The notes under the pieces are model-generated. The model did not search any database. It had not been told where the DNA came from and saw only the letters and a list, made by a program, of their open reading frames with translations. Position numbers and translations under genes: made by a program. Of a DNA stretch of 64,000 bases, positions 18,854 to 28,721 are shown piece by piece (the stretch's first letter is position 1; each line of letters opens with the position of its first letter). The stretch is from Minisyncoccota bacterium (GTDB lineage: Bacteria; Patescibacteriota; Minisyncoccia; Phycocordibacterales; UBA9973): positions 2,718-66,717 of the forward strand of contig JANOFO010000009.1 in the NCBI GenBank assembly GCA_031413715.1, read 5' to 3'.

Positions 18854-20875
18854 TTATATAATCAGGTAATCAATTGTCTTTTTGTTCATATCCGCGCTTC
18901 TGACTTCAAATTTTACTCGATCTCCGAGAGTATACTTCTTGTGTGTTTTTTTGCCGCTGATACTCATATGCTTTTTATCAAATGTATAATAATCATCCTT
19001 AAGATCTCGCATCCGGACCATACCTTCGCATTTTGTTTTCATATCCTCTATATAGAGACCCCATTCGGTCACTCCCGTAATAATACCATCGAATTTCTCC
19101 CCTATGCGGGTCGACATATATTCCACCTGCTTGTATTTAATAGATGCACGCTCTGCTTCGGCAGCTTCTTTCTCACGATTAGATGCCTCTGTACTCATCT
19201 CTTCATATTCTTTCCATTCTTCCTTTGGAACATTCTTGTTATCGAGGAAATATGATAGGAGGCGATGGACGAGAACATCTGGATATCTTCTGATTGGGGA
19301 TGTGAAGTGAGTATATGATTTAAATCCAAGTCCGTAGTGACCAATGTTTTTTGTAGAGTAAATCGCTTTAGCCATAGTGCGGATAATGGCAGTGTGGACG
19401 GTATCGCGAAGAGGATTGTGCTCAAGCTTACCGACAAGCACATTGATCTCTTCTGACGGTATGATTCCATCTTTTAGTTTCATATTGTAGCCAAGCTTCT
19501 TTAGAAATGTAACAAGATCTTGCATCTTTTCTTTATCCGGCAAGCCATGGATGCGATATACGAAGACGCCGTGATTGGGGCTCTTTTTTGCTGTCATGTG
19601 TTCAGCGACACGCTTATTTGCGAGAAGCATAAACTCCTCGATAAGTTTGTGAGTATCTCCTCGTTCTTTTGTGTAAACAGAAAGAGGTACACCATGTGAA
19701 TCAAGCTTGAATTTCACTTCTTCTTGGTCTAACGATATCGCACCTTCCTCAAATCGCTTATTGAGTAGTTTCTTTGCTATCTTATTGAGAGTCAAAAGTT
19801 CGTCAAAGAATATACCCTGTCCATCATCGAGAACTTTCTGTGCATTCTCATACGTGAATCGCTTGTCAGAATGTATGACAGTTCTTCCAAACCACTCGGC
19901 ATGGACCTCACCATCCTTATCAAGCTCAAATATTGCTGAGAAGGTGAGTCGATCTACATCGGGATTCAAACTACACAGACCATTTGAAAGCTCTTCAGGA
20001 AGCATTGGAATCGTACGGTCGACAAGATAGACAGAGGTGCCACGCTCGCGCGCTTCTCTATCAAGTGCCGTGCCAAGGCGTACATAGTGCGATACGTCAG
20101 CGATGTGGATGCCGATTTCAAAATGACCATTTGAGAGTTTTTTGAAAGAAAGCGCATCATCGAAATCTTTAGCATCTTCGGGGTCAATCGTGAATGTCGT
20201 GATACCGCGCATGTCTTTTCGCTTACTTTTTTCTTCTTCAGTGATGCCTATTTTTCCAATTTCTTCTGCTTCTCTTTCCACAGTTGGAGGGAAAACCGCA
20301 TCGAATCCTTTTTCAAGAGCGATGGCTTCCATCTCGGCATTGTGTTCCATAGGCTCTCCTAAAACTTTTGCGACTTCTCCCACTGGCGCTTTCTTGGCAT
20401 CTTTCCAATCGGTTATAACCACGAAAACTTTCTGTCCGACGCGCGCGCCATTTAGTCCACTCTCAGGGATGATGATATCCGAATACATTTTTAGGTCACT
20501 CGGAATCAGGAAGTACATGTCATGCTCTTTTTCCAAAACTCCCGAAAAGCCCTTCTTTGACCGTCTAAGCACTTCAGCCACTTCACCGCTCTGTGTGTCG
20601 TCTCTCTTTGTTGGATGCAGTAGTACCCGGACAGTGTCGCCGTGACAGGCGGTATGCAAAAAAGTATGATCTACTTCTACTGTGTCATTGGTATGCTTTA
20701 TGCGCACAGTTCCCACACCCTTATGCGAGATACTGATAATGCCTTCTATATAGCGACTATTGTGCGTGTGAGCTTTTAGCGTATCTGGCTTTCTAGTCGT
20801 ATTATTTCTAAGGTCCCTAGCTTTTTTGCCATCCGATCTTGGTCGGTTACTTGCTTGTCTTTTCTGATTTTTCAC
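18854..20875 (-). CDS. rnr: Ribonuclease R (RNB-family 3'-5' exoribonuclease with C-terminal S1 domain)
   Basis: 673 aa. RNB catalytic motifs (HIADVSHYV, DRTIPMLPE), C-terminal S1-like domain and basic tail. Confidence 0.9.
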   Translation of the reverse strand: MKNQKRQASNRPRSDGKKARDLRNNTTRKPDTLKAHTHNSRYIEGIISISHKGVGTVRIKHTNDTVEVDHTFLHTACHGDTVRVLLHPTKRDDTQSGEVAEVLRRSKKGFSGVLEKEHDMYFLIPSDLKMYSDIIIPESGLNGARVGQKVFVVITDWKDAKKAPVGEVAKVLGEPMEHNAEMEAIALEKGFDAVFPPTVEREAEEIGKIGITEEEKSKRKDMRGITTFTIDPEDAKDFDDALSFKKLSNGHFEIGIHIADVSHYVRLGTALDREARERGTSVYLVDRTIPMLPEELSNGLCSLNPDVDRLTFSAIFELDKDGEVHAEWFGRTVIHSDKRFTYENAQKVLDDGQGIFFDELLTLNKIAKKLLNKRFEEGAISLDQEEVKFKLDSHGVPLSVYTKERGDTHKLIEEFMLLANKRVAEHMTAKKSPNHGVFVYRIHGLPDKEKMQDLVTFLKKLGYNMKLKDGIIPSEEINVLVGKLEHNPLRDTVHTAIIRTMAKAIYSTKNIGHYGLGFKSYTHFTSPIRRYPDVLVHRLLSYFLDNKNVPKEEWKEYEEMSTEASNREKEAAEAERASIKYKQVEYMSTRIGEKFDGIITGVTEWGLYIEDMKTKCEGMVRMRDLKDDYYTFDKKHMSISGKKTHKKYTLGDRVKFEVRSADMNKKTIDYLII

Positions 20876-20964
20876 ACTAAAAGTATAGCATAAAATTGTG
20901 CTCTCCTCAGTTAAATCCCTTGATTATTCAAAGATTGAATTTTGACAGACGAGACGAGAAAAAG

Positions 20965-20992
20965 TTGACATTTATTATAAATTTGGTATAAT
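20965..20992 (+). promoter_or_regulatory. Consensus sigma70 promoter (TTGACA-16-TATAAT) for the 21035 gene
   Basis: TTGACA at 20965-20970, TATAAT at 20987-20992. Confidence 0.55.
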
Positions 20993-21034
20993 ATAATTTA
21001 CATTATCATTTAAAAGCAGTATTATATAATTTAT

Positions 21035-23128
21035 ATGCAAGAACAAAACAAGCCCTCAGATTCTATAGCGAAAAAACTCCAATTACTTAAGAATAAAAAT
21101 ATAGAAGAAAAACAGGCTCCTGTTCGTGCTCGGATTAAGAAAGTTCAAGAAGACTTATATTTTCTTACTGTAATTAAAGGGTCACTCACACTGAAGTCAC
21201 AACAAGTTCCAGGCTCTAATTCCACTGAGAGTGGCATAGGTATGTCAGAATACAAAGATAGCATTAATTCAATGCTTGAAGAAAAAGAGCATGCACTAAA
21301 GGATCTATTTGCATCTCATAAAGACGACCTAGCGCCTCTTGGTGTTCTAAAATGGGAAGACTTACTTACGAATAATGAATTTAAAGATGGAGTAGAAGCC
21401 AATGAATATAACCAAGCTGTCGAAGAAAACGAGATACTTGCCAAAACTGATACCACGCTTCATGAAAGACTAAAAGCACTCGATGTATTGCCACCAAGTA
21501 ATGACTTTTCTTATGCGCTAGCCACTCAAGCAGTTGATAAGAAAATTGGCGAACTAAAGAAAGAACTTGTAGAAAAAACAAAAGAATTCCCAGAAGAAAG
21601 AAAAAAACTTCTTCAAAGTATGATTCTGGAATATAAATTAAAACCCAATGGCCTAAAATTCAATATTAAGGATAATGCTGCAGAAGATTTTGACCTAACT
21701 CAAGATTCAATAGAGAAATCTCAATCAGACTTTTTTGCGTTAGAGCAAAAATACGGAAGCGATTTTGCTTATGAAGTGCTAAGAGAGACATACCGACCAA
21801 ATGTCCACGATCAGATTCGTAAGTATGATAATAATAATGAACATGTTCTCTCACTCTCTGAGCAGATAAAAGCTATTTCTCCTGAGGTAAAGAAGAGAGC
21901 TTTGGAGTTGCTCACTGAATTTCAAAGAGTTCAAGTAGTATGCATAGAAATGCTTAATGTCAAATCTGAAGAATTGAAGGGAAAGGGATTAGTTCTTGAC
22001 CCTGTCAATCTTCCTAATAGTTACGGTCTTACGTATCAAGAAATCATTGGTTTAACCAGCCATCCTGAAATGACCCAAAGTTATGAAAATAGCATTAAAG
22101 ATGAAGGATTTCCTCCAAAGTTTAATCTTAGCGATCTTTCTGCGAGATTAGAAAGTAGAACAGAGGCAGTTAAAAATTTTACTGAACAAATTAAAGGTAT
22201 TGAAGATCAAGAAAGCTTAAAAGCATTTTACGATGCCGGAGATAAAGGTCAAATAGCTAAATTACATTTCAATCTGTTGCACCAAAAAGATTTGTACAAT
22301 TTTAAATTTGTTGAAGAAAACTACGACTCTAGTAACAAATCACCTCTTAAAGAAGTAATTTCTAAGATAAGAGGCTCAAAAACATACGAAGAAGCAGAGA
22401 AATACCTTGCTGAGAAGAGAGCTAAACTCCAAGCTATGGAAGATAATGTTCTTTTGAAAGTTGAATATAAATCAAAAGATCGACATATATATAATAAATT
22501 GGAGGTTCTTTTTGCGAATGTGAGAGAAGCGGAGAATAGAAATAAAATTGCGTACATGACTGATGTTTTAAGGCGGACAGATAAAATAGAAGAACTCAAA
22601 GGTCCGTTTAATATTGCAATTGATGATGTGAAAGAAAGAATGAGACTTTATTCCGATTCTGAACCAGTTACTATTAATGAATGGGTCTTTAAAATCAATT
22701 CTTTCGATAGTTCAATATTTGCTGTGGAGTCGCGAATTCATCAATTAGAAAAAGAATTAAGAGATAAAATAAAAGAAGTAAAGATAAAACAAGAAAAAAA
22801 TCCCGGGAAAGATAGGTGGTTCAGTTTGAGTTCAAAGCATGCAGTATGGGAGTCAGAATTAGAAAAGTTAATGATAGAAGAAAGAGACTTAAGTAACAAT
22901 ATAAAAAATGAAGAAGAAAAGCTACGTGTTTTAAAAAAGGAATCGGTATTGGCGATGCCAAATGGTGATTCTTTTTCAATGTTCTTGGATAGGTTACAGT
23001 TTACTGGAACTAAAGCTGAAGTTTTCCAAGAGTTAGAAAGGATAGTAAAAGAAAAAACAGAACCTAAATTTCCACCAGGTGCTCTTGAACTATATAAACA
23101 ATATCAAGATTTACCTAAAGAGAGCTAA
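21035..23128 (+). CDS. Large hypothetical K/E-rich, coiled-coil-rich cytoplasmic protein
   Basis: 697-aa ORF, no TM or signal peptide, no catalytic motif recognised. Confidence 0.6.
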   Translation: MQEQNKPSDSIAKKLQLLKNKNIEEKQAPVRARIKKVQEDLYFLTVIKGSLTLKSQQVPGSNSTESGIGMSEYKDSINSMLEEKEHALKDLFASHKDDLAPLGVLKWEDLLTNNEFKDGVEANEYNQAVEENEILAKTDTTLHERLKALDVLPPSNDFSYALATQAVDKKIGELKKELVEKTKEFPEERKKLLQSMILEYKLKPNGLKFNIKDNAAEDFDLTQDSIEKSQSDFFALEQKYGSDFAYEVLRETYRPNVHDQIRKYDNNNEHVLSLSEQIKAISPEVKKRALELLTEFQRVQVVCIEMLNVKSEELKGKGLVLDPVNLPNSYGLTYQEIIGLTSHPEMTQSYENSIKDEGFPPKFNLSDLSARLESRTEAVKNFTEQIKGIEDQESLKAFYDAGDKGQIAKLHFNLLHQKDLYNFKFVEENYDSSNKSPLKEVISKIRGSKTYEEAEKYLAEKRAKLQAMEDNVLLKVEYKSKDRHIYNKLEVLFANVREAENRNKIAYMTDVLRRTDKIEELKGPFNIAIDDVKERMRLYSDSEPVTINEWVFKINSFDSSIFAVESRIHQLEKELRDKIKEVKIKQEKNPGKDRWFSLSSKHAVWESELEKLMIEERDLSNNIKNEEEKLRVLKKESVLAMPNGDSFSMFLDRLQFTGTKAEVFQELERIVKEKTEPKFPPGALELYKQYQDLPKES

Positions 23129-23167
23129 ACTATTGATTAGTTGTATCCTATATGCTACTATAGCCCT

Positions 23168-23473
23168 ATGCTAAAAATCAGGTTACAAAGAATAGGCCGA
23201 AAGAATGACGCGAGTTTCCGAGTTGTTTTAACTGATTCTAAAAATGCTGCTAAAAGCGGTAAATTTAAAGAAATACTGGGTTCTTACAACCTAAAGACAA
23301 ACGAGGTGCTTTTCAAGGCTGACCGTATCAAACACTGGATGAGTCATGGTGCAAAAGCTTCTGATACAGTGCATAATTTCTTGGTAAAACAGAAACTCAT
23401 TGATGGCAAGAAAAAAAATGTACTTTCAAGAAAGACTCCTACGAAAGCTCGCAAAGAACTAAAAAATAAGTAA
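23168..23473 (+). CDS. rpsP: 30S ribosomal protein S16
   Basis: MLKIRLQRIGRKNDASFRVVLTDSKNAAKSGK... The start moved to the internal Met that matches the S16 N-terminus. Confidence 0.9.
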   Translation: MLKIRLQRIGRKNDASFRVVLTDSKNAAKSGKFKEILGSYNLKTNEVLFKADRIKHWMSHGAKASDTVHNFLVKQKLIDGKKKNVLSRKTPTKARKELKNK

Positions 23474-23474
23474 A

Positions 23475-23505
23475 ATAGCCCCATCTGTGGCTATTTTCTT
23501 GTTTT
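23475..23505 (+). terminator. Terminator/attenuator hairpin after rpsP
   Basis: ATAGCC-ccatctgt-GGCTAT followed by TTTCTTGTTTT. Confidence 0.55.
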
Positions 23506-23512
23506 ATGAGTG

Positions 23513-23521
23513 TGATATAAT
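23513..23521 (+). promoter_or_regulatory. Extended -10 promoter element (TGaTATAAT) upstream of the KH-trmD genes
   Basis: TG at 23513-14, TATAAT at 23516-23521. Confidence 0.4.
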
Positions 23522-23584
23522 AGAAAGAAGGCAGGTTTCTAGTCGATACACTGCATAGATTACGAATAATACGAAAAAGATTTT

Positions 23585-23920
23585 ATGGCAGATGATAAAG
23601 GGTTTCTTGAATATATAGTTAAAGCGTTAGTTGATAATCCAGACGATGTAAAAATTGATCGAACCGTTGATGAGATGGGAGTGTTGATTACTATGACAGT
23701 CAATGCCGCAGACATGGGTAAAATAATCGGTCGCCAAGGCAATACCGCTAAAGCGATCCGCACATTGCTCCGGGTTATCGGCATGAAGAATAATGCGCGC
23801 GTCAATCTCAAAATCAATGAGCCGGAAGGTGGTACTCACCACACTGCTTCCTCTCCTAATGATTCAGGCGAAGCATCTAGATCAGTTGATGCAGCACTCG
23901 AAGACTTGAAGGGAATATAG
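23585..23920 (+). CDS. KH-domain RNA-binding protein (YlqC/UPF0109-like) with S/D-rich tail
   Basis: GKIIGRQGNTAKAIRTLLRVIG KH motif (GxxG). Position between rpsP and trmD is typical. Confidence 0.8.
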   Translation: MADDKGFLEYIVKALVDNPDDVKIDRTVDEMGVLITMTVNAADMGKIIGRQGNTAKAIRTLLRVIGMKNNARVNLKINEPEGGTHHTASSPNDSGEASRSVDAALEDLKGI

Positions 23921-24625
23921 ATGCATTTCCATGTTGTAACACTATTTCCTGAAATGTTCGATTCGTATTTAGGCGAATCTATTTTGGGGCGGGCGATAAA
24001 ACAAAAAAAGATACGTGTCTCATTTGTAAATCCACGCACGTTTGCAACTGGGAAATATAGAAAAGTCTGGCCTGATGGCAATGTTTCTCAACAAATTGAT
24101 GAGCGTCCATATGCCGGTGGTCCTGGGATGGTTATGATGGCAGAACCAATTATAAAAGCGGTAGGACAAATTTATAAAAAAATATCTAAGAAGAAAAAAA
24201 CAAAAATTCTTACGATAAATTTTATTCCAACTGCTTTAAAATTTACTACCAAATCAGCAAAACAGATTTCTAAGAAATATACAGATATTATTTTAATCTG
24301 TGGTCGATACGAAGGTATCGATGCGCGTGTAGACAAGATATTGAAAACGAAAAAGTTTTCAATAGGGGACTATGTGCTGACCGGAGGGGAAATCCCGGCC
24401 ATGGTGCTTATTGATTCTATTTCCCGACAAGTGGAGGGCGTCTTAGGCAACTTTGATTCCCGCGAAGAAGAGCGCACATCATCGAGCGAAGTCTATACTC
24501 GTCCTGAAAAATTAGTCTATAAAGGAAAAGCGTACAAGGTTCCAAAAGTACTCCTCTCCGGAGACCATAAAAAAATAGAAAGCTGGAAAAAGGATCAAAA
24601 TAAAGATCAAAGAGACTGTGGATAA
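23921..24625 (+). CDS. trmD: tRNA (guanine37-N1)-methyltransferase
   Basis: MHFHVVTLFPEMFDSYLGESILGRA..., SPOUT knot region, K-rich insert. Confidence 0.9.
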   Translation: MHFHVVTLFPEMFDSYLGESILGRAIKQKKIRVSFVNPRTFATGKYRKVWPDGNVSQQIDERPYAGGPGMVMMAEPIIKAVGQIYKKISKKKKTKILTINFIPTALKFTTKSAKQISKKYTDIILICGRYEGIDARVDKILKTKKFSIGDYVLTGGEIPAMVLIDSISRQVEGVLGNFDSREEERTSSSEVYTRPEKLVYKGKAYKVPKVLLSGDHKKIESWKKDQNKDQRDCG

Positions 24626-24711
24626 CTTAAGTCTTAAAACTAGGTGTTTCCTTGCTATATAGACTCCTTTTTGACATAATGGAAATATAATAAATAATTA
24701 AAATAATTATA

Positions 24712-25353
24712 ATGAAAACTGCTTTTACTAAAATTGCTTCTTTAACCTTGGTCTCACTTATTTCTCTTCAAGCATTCTATACGGTCGTTTTTGAACCTTC
24801 CCTAGCTGAGGCAGTTACTGACAACGTCATCGTAACTCTGACAGTCGATGCAGGCATCACTATTTCAGACGGTGCAGCTGTTACTATGTCTCCCAACATT
24901 GGTATTAGTGCCAATGGCTCCATAGGCTCTTCCTCTTGGGTTGTTACAACTAATGATGCTGATGGATATACCTTGGCTGTACAAGCTTCAGCTTCTCCTG
25001 CTCTTGCAAGCGGTGGCAACTCATTTGCTGATTATACGGAAGCGGTTGCCGGGACTCCTGAAGTATGGAGCGTGCCGGGTGGATCGAAAGAATTCGGGTA
25101 CTCAGCGTTCGGGACTGATACATCAACTGCAGAATATGGAACAGGCGCTTCATGCGGTTCAGCCGGAGCGCCGACTGGTACTGCAAAGTATGAAGGATTT
25201 GATACATCTCCTAATACGATTGCTACAAGGGCGAGCGTCACTCCAACTACTGGAATAACAACTACAATTTGTTTTGCTGCTGAACAAGACACGACCTTTG
25301 CAGCTGCTGGTACCTACACTGCAACTATTACCGGCACTGCGCTTGCATTGTAA
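24712..25353 (+). CDS. Secreted Thr/Ala-rich surface protein (paralog family of 388..1608)
   Basis: 213 aa. Signal peptide ...SLAEA, T/A/G-rich, C-terminal GTYTATITGTALAL. Confidence 0.65.
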   Translation: MKTAFTKIASLTLVSLISLQAFYTVVFEPSLAEAVTDNVIVTLTVDAGITISDGAAVTMSPNIGISANGSIGSSSWVVTTNDADGYTLAVQASASPALASGGNSFADYTEAVAGTPEVWSVPGGSKEFGYSAFGTDTSTAEYGTGASCGSAGAPTGTAKYEGFDTSPNTIATRASVTPTTGITTTICFAAEQDTTFAAAGTYTATITGTALAL

Positions 25354-25383
25354 AAGAAGTCTTAATTAAGTATCTCTAAATTT

Positions 25384-26355
25384 GTGAAGCAATCATTCCG
25401 AAATAAAACAGTCTTTTATATATTTCTTATTCTTGTCTTTTTTTCATCAGGGAGTGTTTTTGCATATCAAAAAAGTAAGATTGATATAACTCCGCAAAAT
25501 GACTTTGTGGTAGAACCGGGAAAAACTGAGATCTTTCTCAATCCAGGGGAGTCAACTGTCAAGAATATCACTATTACGAATAGAATTGATAGGAATGTTA
25601 ATTTCAAACTAACAACTGAAGACATAATCGGAACAGATAATCCTCTTGAACAGATTGTGCTTCTTGGCGATGAAGCGAGCCCGTATTCACTGAAAGACTT
25701 AATTAAGCCTGAAATCAATGAATTCTCGCTTGCACTTGGGGAAAAAATAGTAATACCTGTTAGCATTTCAGTTCCTGTTGATGCAGAGCCACGCGGGTAC
25801 TATGGAGCTCTTATTGTTTCTAACGATCCCGAAAAGGTAGCGACTAGTAATACAACAGAAGCAGAGAGTAAAACTCGTATAGTTTCACGAATAGGCTCTT
25901 TATTCCTAGTTAAAATAAATGGACAAGGAAAGGAAGAAGGCGCCCTTGATAGCTTTGGCCTAATAGGCCCTAAAAAGTCTTTTTATGAAAAGAGGCCAAC
26001 AGGATTTTCAATTGGATTTAAAAATACTGGAAATGTCCACTTAGTACCGTACGGAGAAGTGACTATTAAGAACATGCTTGGTAGGACTGTTGGCCAGATT
26101 CCTGTCGATGCTTATTTTGCTCTTCCAGATTCTATACGTTATCGAGAAGTTGTTTGGACTGAAGGCTTCGGGCTTGGTCACTACACTGCGCACCTATCTT
26201 TATATAAAGGATACGGCAATGAATATGATGAATCAAAAATCGGCTTTTGGGTACTGCCATGGAAAGTACTCCTCTCAATCTTGGGAGTCCTAGTGGTTCT
26301 TGTTTCACTTATATACTATATTTCTACTCGATTTGAACTAAGAAAGAAGAAGTAA
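25384..26355 (+). CDS. Membrane-anchored extracytoplasmic protein, DAEPxGxxGA family (paralog of 1628..2656)
   Basis: 323 aa. Signal peptide, DAEPRGYYGALIV, C-terminal TM plus RKKK. Confidence 0.65.
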   Translation: MKQSFRNKTVFYIFLILVFFSSGSVFAYQKSKIDITPQNDFVVEPGKTEIFLNPGESTVKNITITNRIDRNVNFKLTTEDIIGTDNPLEQIVLLGDEASPYSLKDLIKPEINEFSLALGEKIVIPVSISVPVDAEPRGYYGALIVSNDPEKVATSNTTEAESKTRIVSRIGSLFLVKINGQGKEEGALDSFGLIGPKKSFYEKRPTGFSIGFKNTGNVHLVPYGEVTIKNMLGRTVGQIPVDAYFALPDSIRYREVVWTEGFGLGHYTAHLSLYKGYGNEYDESKIGFWVLPWKVLLSILGVLVVLVSLIYYISTRFELRKKK

Positions 26356-26364
26356 AATTGTTAT

Positions 26365-27141
26365 ATGAAAGCATTACACTCTTTTATAAAAAGTAGAAAT
26401 GCTAGATTTATCTGTTTTGTGATTATTATCCTGATTTCTATACCTTCAAGGAGCATTTTAGCAGAAATGATGCAAAGTACCGGTTATAAAATCGAATCTG
26501 ACAGCATCAATATTGAAGGGAAAAATTCGTCAAGCACAAGTTATATTCTCGATGATACAGCGGGTGAGCTTAGTACTGGAGATTCAAATAGCACTAATTT
26601 TTATATGCATGCAGGCTTTTGGCAGATGCAGGAAAGTTATATTTCTATTTCTACTCCTTCTGATCTTGCCCTTACCTCTATACAAGGTTTGTCTGGAGGT
26701 GCTACGGAGGGTACGCTAGACTGGCTTGTGAAGACTGACAATGTCGCGGGATACACTATGACCATAGCTTCCTCTACAACTCCATCCCTTCAATCTGGCT
26801 CGGATTCATTTGCTGACTATGCCCCAAGCGGTGGTAACCCTGACTATACATTTACTAATACTGCCGCTAATTCGTCATTTGGGTTTTCTCCAGAAGGTAC
26901 TGAAGTTACACAGAGATATAAAGATAATGGCTCAATATGCAATACGGGTTCATCAGAGGCATCAGGTAAGTGCTGGGATGGACTTTCGACTACTCCGAAA
27001 ACTATAGCAGGTAGTACAACGAGCAATCACACTGCCGGAAATACTACTACGGTTAGATTCCGGGCTGAATCAGGTGCAAGTCATATTCAAACTTCTGGAG
27101 ATTACACGGTATCAATCATAATAACTGCTATGACATTATGA
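26365..27141 (+). CDS. Secreted Thr/Ser-rich surface protein (same family)
   Basis: 258 aa. Signal peptide, C-terminal GDYTVSIIITAMTL. Confidence 0.6.
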   Translation: MKALHSFIKSRNARFICFVIIILISIPSRSILAEMMQSTGYKIESDSINIEGKNSSSTSYILDDTAGELSTGDSNSTNFYMHAGFWQMQESYISISTPSDLALTSIQGLSGGATEGTLDWLVKTDNVAGYTMTIASSTTPSLQSGSDSFADYAPSGGNPDYTFTNTAANSSFGFSPEGTEVTQRYKDNGSICNTGSSEASGKCWDGLSTTPKTIAGSTTSNHTAGNTTTVRFRAESGASHIQTSGDYTVSIIITAMTL

Positions 27142-28202
27142 TTAAATCATCCCGCACTCTAATTTTACTTGGATTTTTTCTGTCCCTCACTTTTTCTACA
27201 TTCATTGGAAAAATTCAAGCTGGAACCGATGGAATAAATGTAAAACTCGGTGTTAATGGATGTGATAATAACGGAATATGCGAAGCAAGCAATGGTGAGG
27301 ATGTCAATAGTTGTCCGAATGATTGCACAGTAATTCCATTAGGTACTGGAAGTGGAAGCGGTGGGGGAGGAACATTTTCTATTAATTCTAGTAATTTTCA
27401 CGATCTAGTAATAGATGTTAGTTTAACTGATGCGACTATAGAGTGGAAGACTGCAATGCCCACTCTTACTGTTCTAAAGTGGGGAGAGAGTACTGATTAC
27501 GTGAGTGGCACTATCGGAGGCTACTTTTTTTTCAGGGATCATAAAGCTGAACTTATTAATTTGAAAAGCAATACTCGGTATTATTTCTCTATCAGTGGTC
27601 AGAATATTTATGGCACAATAATACAACCATACGTTGGTACATTTGTGACATCCACACCTCCAGACACAACACCTCCTAGTAAACCAAAAATCACAAACAA
27701 GATTATAAGTGCAGATGCAATCAAGCTAACATGGATCAATCCCTCCGATATAGATTTTGATTATGTTCGTTTGATGCGCAGTGAAAAATCCTTCCCAAAA
27801 ACTCCATTCACTGGCAAACTCATCTATGAGAATAAGAGGCAATATTTCACAGATCTAAATGTAACTCCGGTGAAAAAATATTATTATTCGCTTTTTGCCC
27901 GTGATAAAACTGGCAACTTTTCTTTAGGTGCAGAAGTATTTGCCCAGATGGAAATTAAGATAGTCACATGCGATCTTGATCCGTCACTATGTGCAGATAT
28001 TCCTTCTCTCTCACCACAAACCGATAATAGAAATATACCCATTACATTTCCTACCTTAAAATCATATTCCTACATAACAGTGCCTTCTACTATGACAGCT
28101 TCTCTGTCAATGCTAGAAATCAAGATAAACTCTTTTAAGATTAAAATAAAGGGGATTATTTCAACCCTCCAATCATTTTTTATAAATAAGCTTAATTTTT
28201 AA
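27138..28202 (+). CDS. Secreted Cys-rich / fibronectin type III-like domain protein with hydrophobic C-terminus
   Basis: 354 aa. Signal peptide, CDNNGICEASNGEDVNSCPNDC, FN3-like PPSKPKITNKIISADAIKLTWINP. 4-nt overlap with the upstream gene. Confidence 0.55.
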   Translation: MIKSSRTLILLGFFLSLTFSTFIGKIQAGTDGINVKLGVNGCDNNGICEASNGEDVNSCPNDCTVIPLGTGSGSGGGGTFSINSSNFHDLVIDVSLTDATIEWKTAMPTLTVLKWGESTDYVSGTIGGYFFFRDHKAELINLKSNTRYYFSISGQNIYGTIIQPYVGTFVTSTPPDTTPPSKPKITNKIISADAIKLTWINPSDIDFDYVRLMRSEKSFPKTPFTGKLIYENKRQYFTDLNVTPVKKYYYSLFARDKTGNFSLGAEVFAQMEIKIVTCDLDPSLCADIPSLSPQTDNRNIPITFPTLKSYSYITVPSTMTASLSMLEIKINSFKIKIKGIISTLQSFFINKLNF

Positions 28203-28228
28203 GGACAATATATAGATGTGTATAACTT

Positions 28229-28261
28229 AGCCTTATTTTATTGGAAAATAAGGCTTTTTGA
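28229..28261 (+). terminator. Rho-independent terminator
   Basis: TAGCCTTATTTT-attgg-AAAATAAGGCT followed by TTTTT. Confidence 0.75.
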
Positions 28262-28347
28262 TTTATAATATCTTTATATCGAGTTTAGTTAAAATTTAAC
28301 AAATTTTAACCTCGGCTATCCGAGATCTCCTTATTTTACTTCACTAA

Positions 28348-28716
28348 ATGAACTTATTAAAAAAAGTCGTTCCACTAAGCCAAGCAGCAAAACTCTCCGG
28401 CTACAACCAAGACTACTTGGGCTATTTAATCCGTGTAGGAGAAATTAAGGGGCAAAAAGTCGGCCGGGGATGGGTTACAACTGAAGAAGAAATAAAAAAT
28501 TATCTTTTAAAGCAGAAGATTCGTCAAAAAAAATTAGCACTCTTGGACTTCTTTACCCGAGAGCGTAATAAAAAGATTATCCTAACCACCATCATATTGT
28601 TTGTAGTCAGTTTTTCGACGTGGTTTTATATTCTAGATCATAAGAATTTTCATGCAACTGGTGTCCAATCTTCACTTACTTCTGAATCTGAAAAATTACA
28701 GGAAAAGGAAAATTAA
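28348..28716 (+). CDS. Small membrane protein with N-terminal excisionase-type helix-turn-helix-like segment
   Basis: 122 aa. LSQAAKLSGYNQDYLGYLIRVGEIKGQKVGRGWVTTEEEIKNYL resembles Xis/MerR-type HTH. One TM helix. Confidence 0.5.
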   Translation: MNLLKKVVPLSQAAKLSGYNQDYLGYLIRVGEIKGQKVGRGWVTTEEEIKNYLLKQKIRQKKLALLDFFTRERNKKIILTTIILFVVSFSTWFYILDHKNFHATGVQSSLTSESEKLQEKEN

Positions 28717-28721
28717 AAAAT

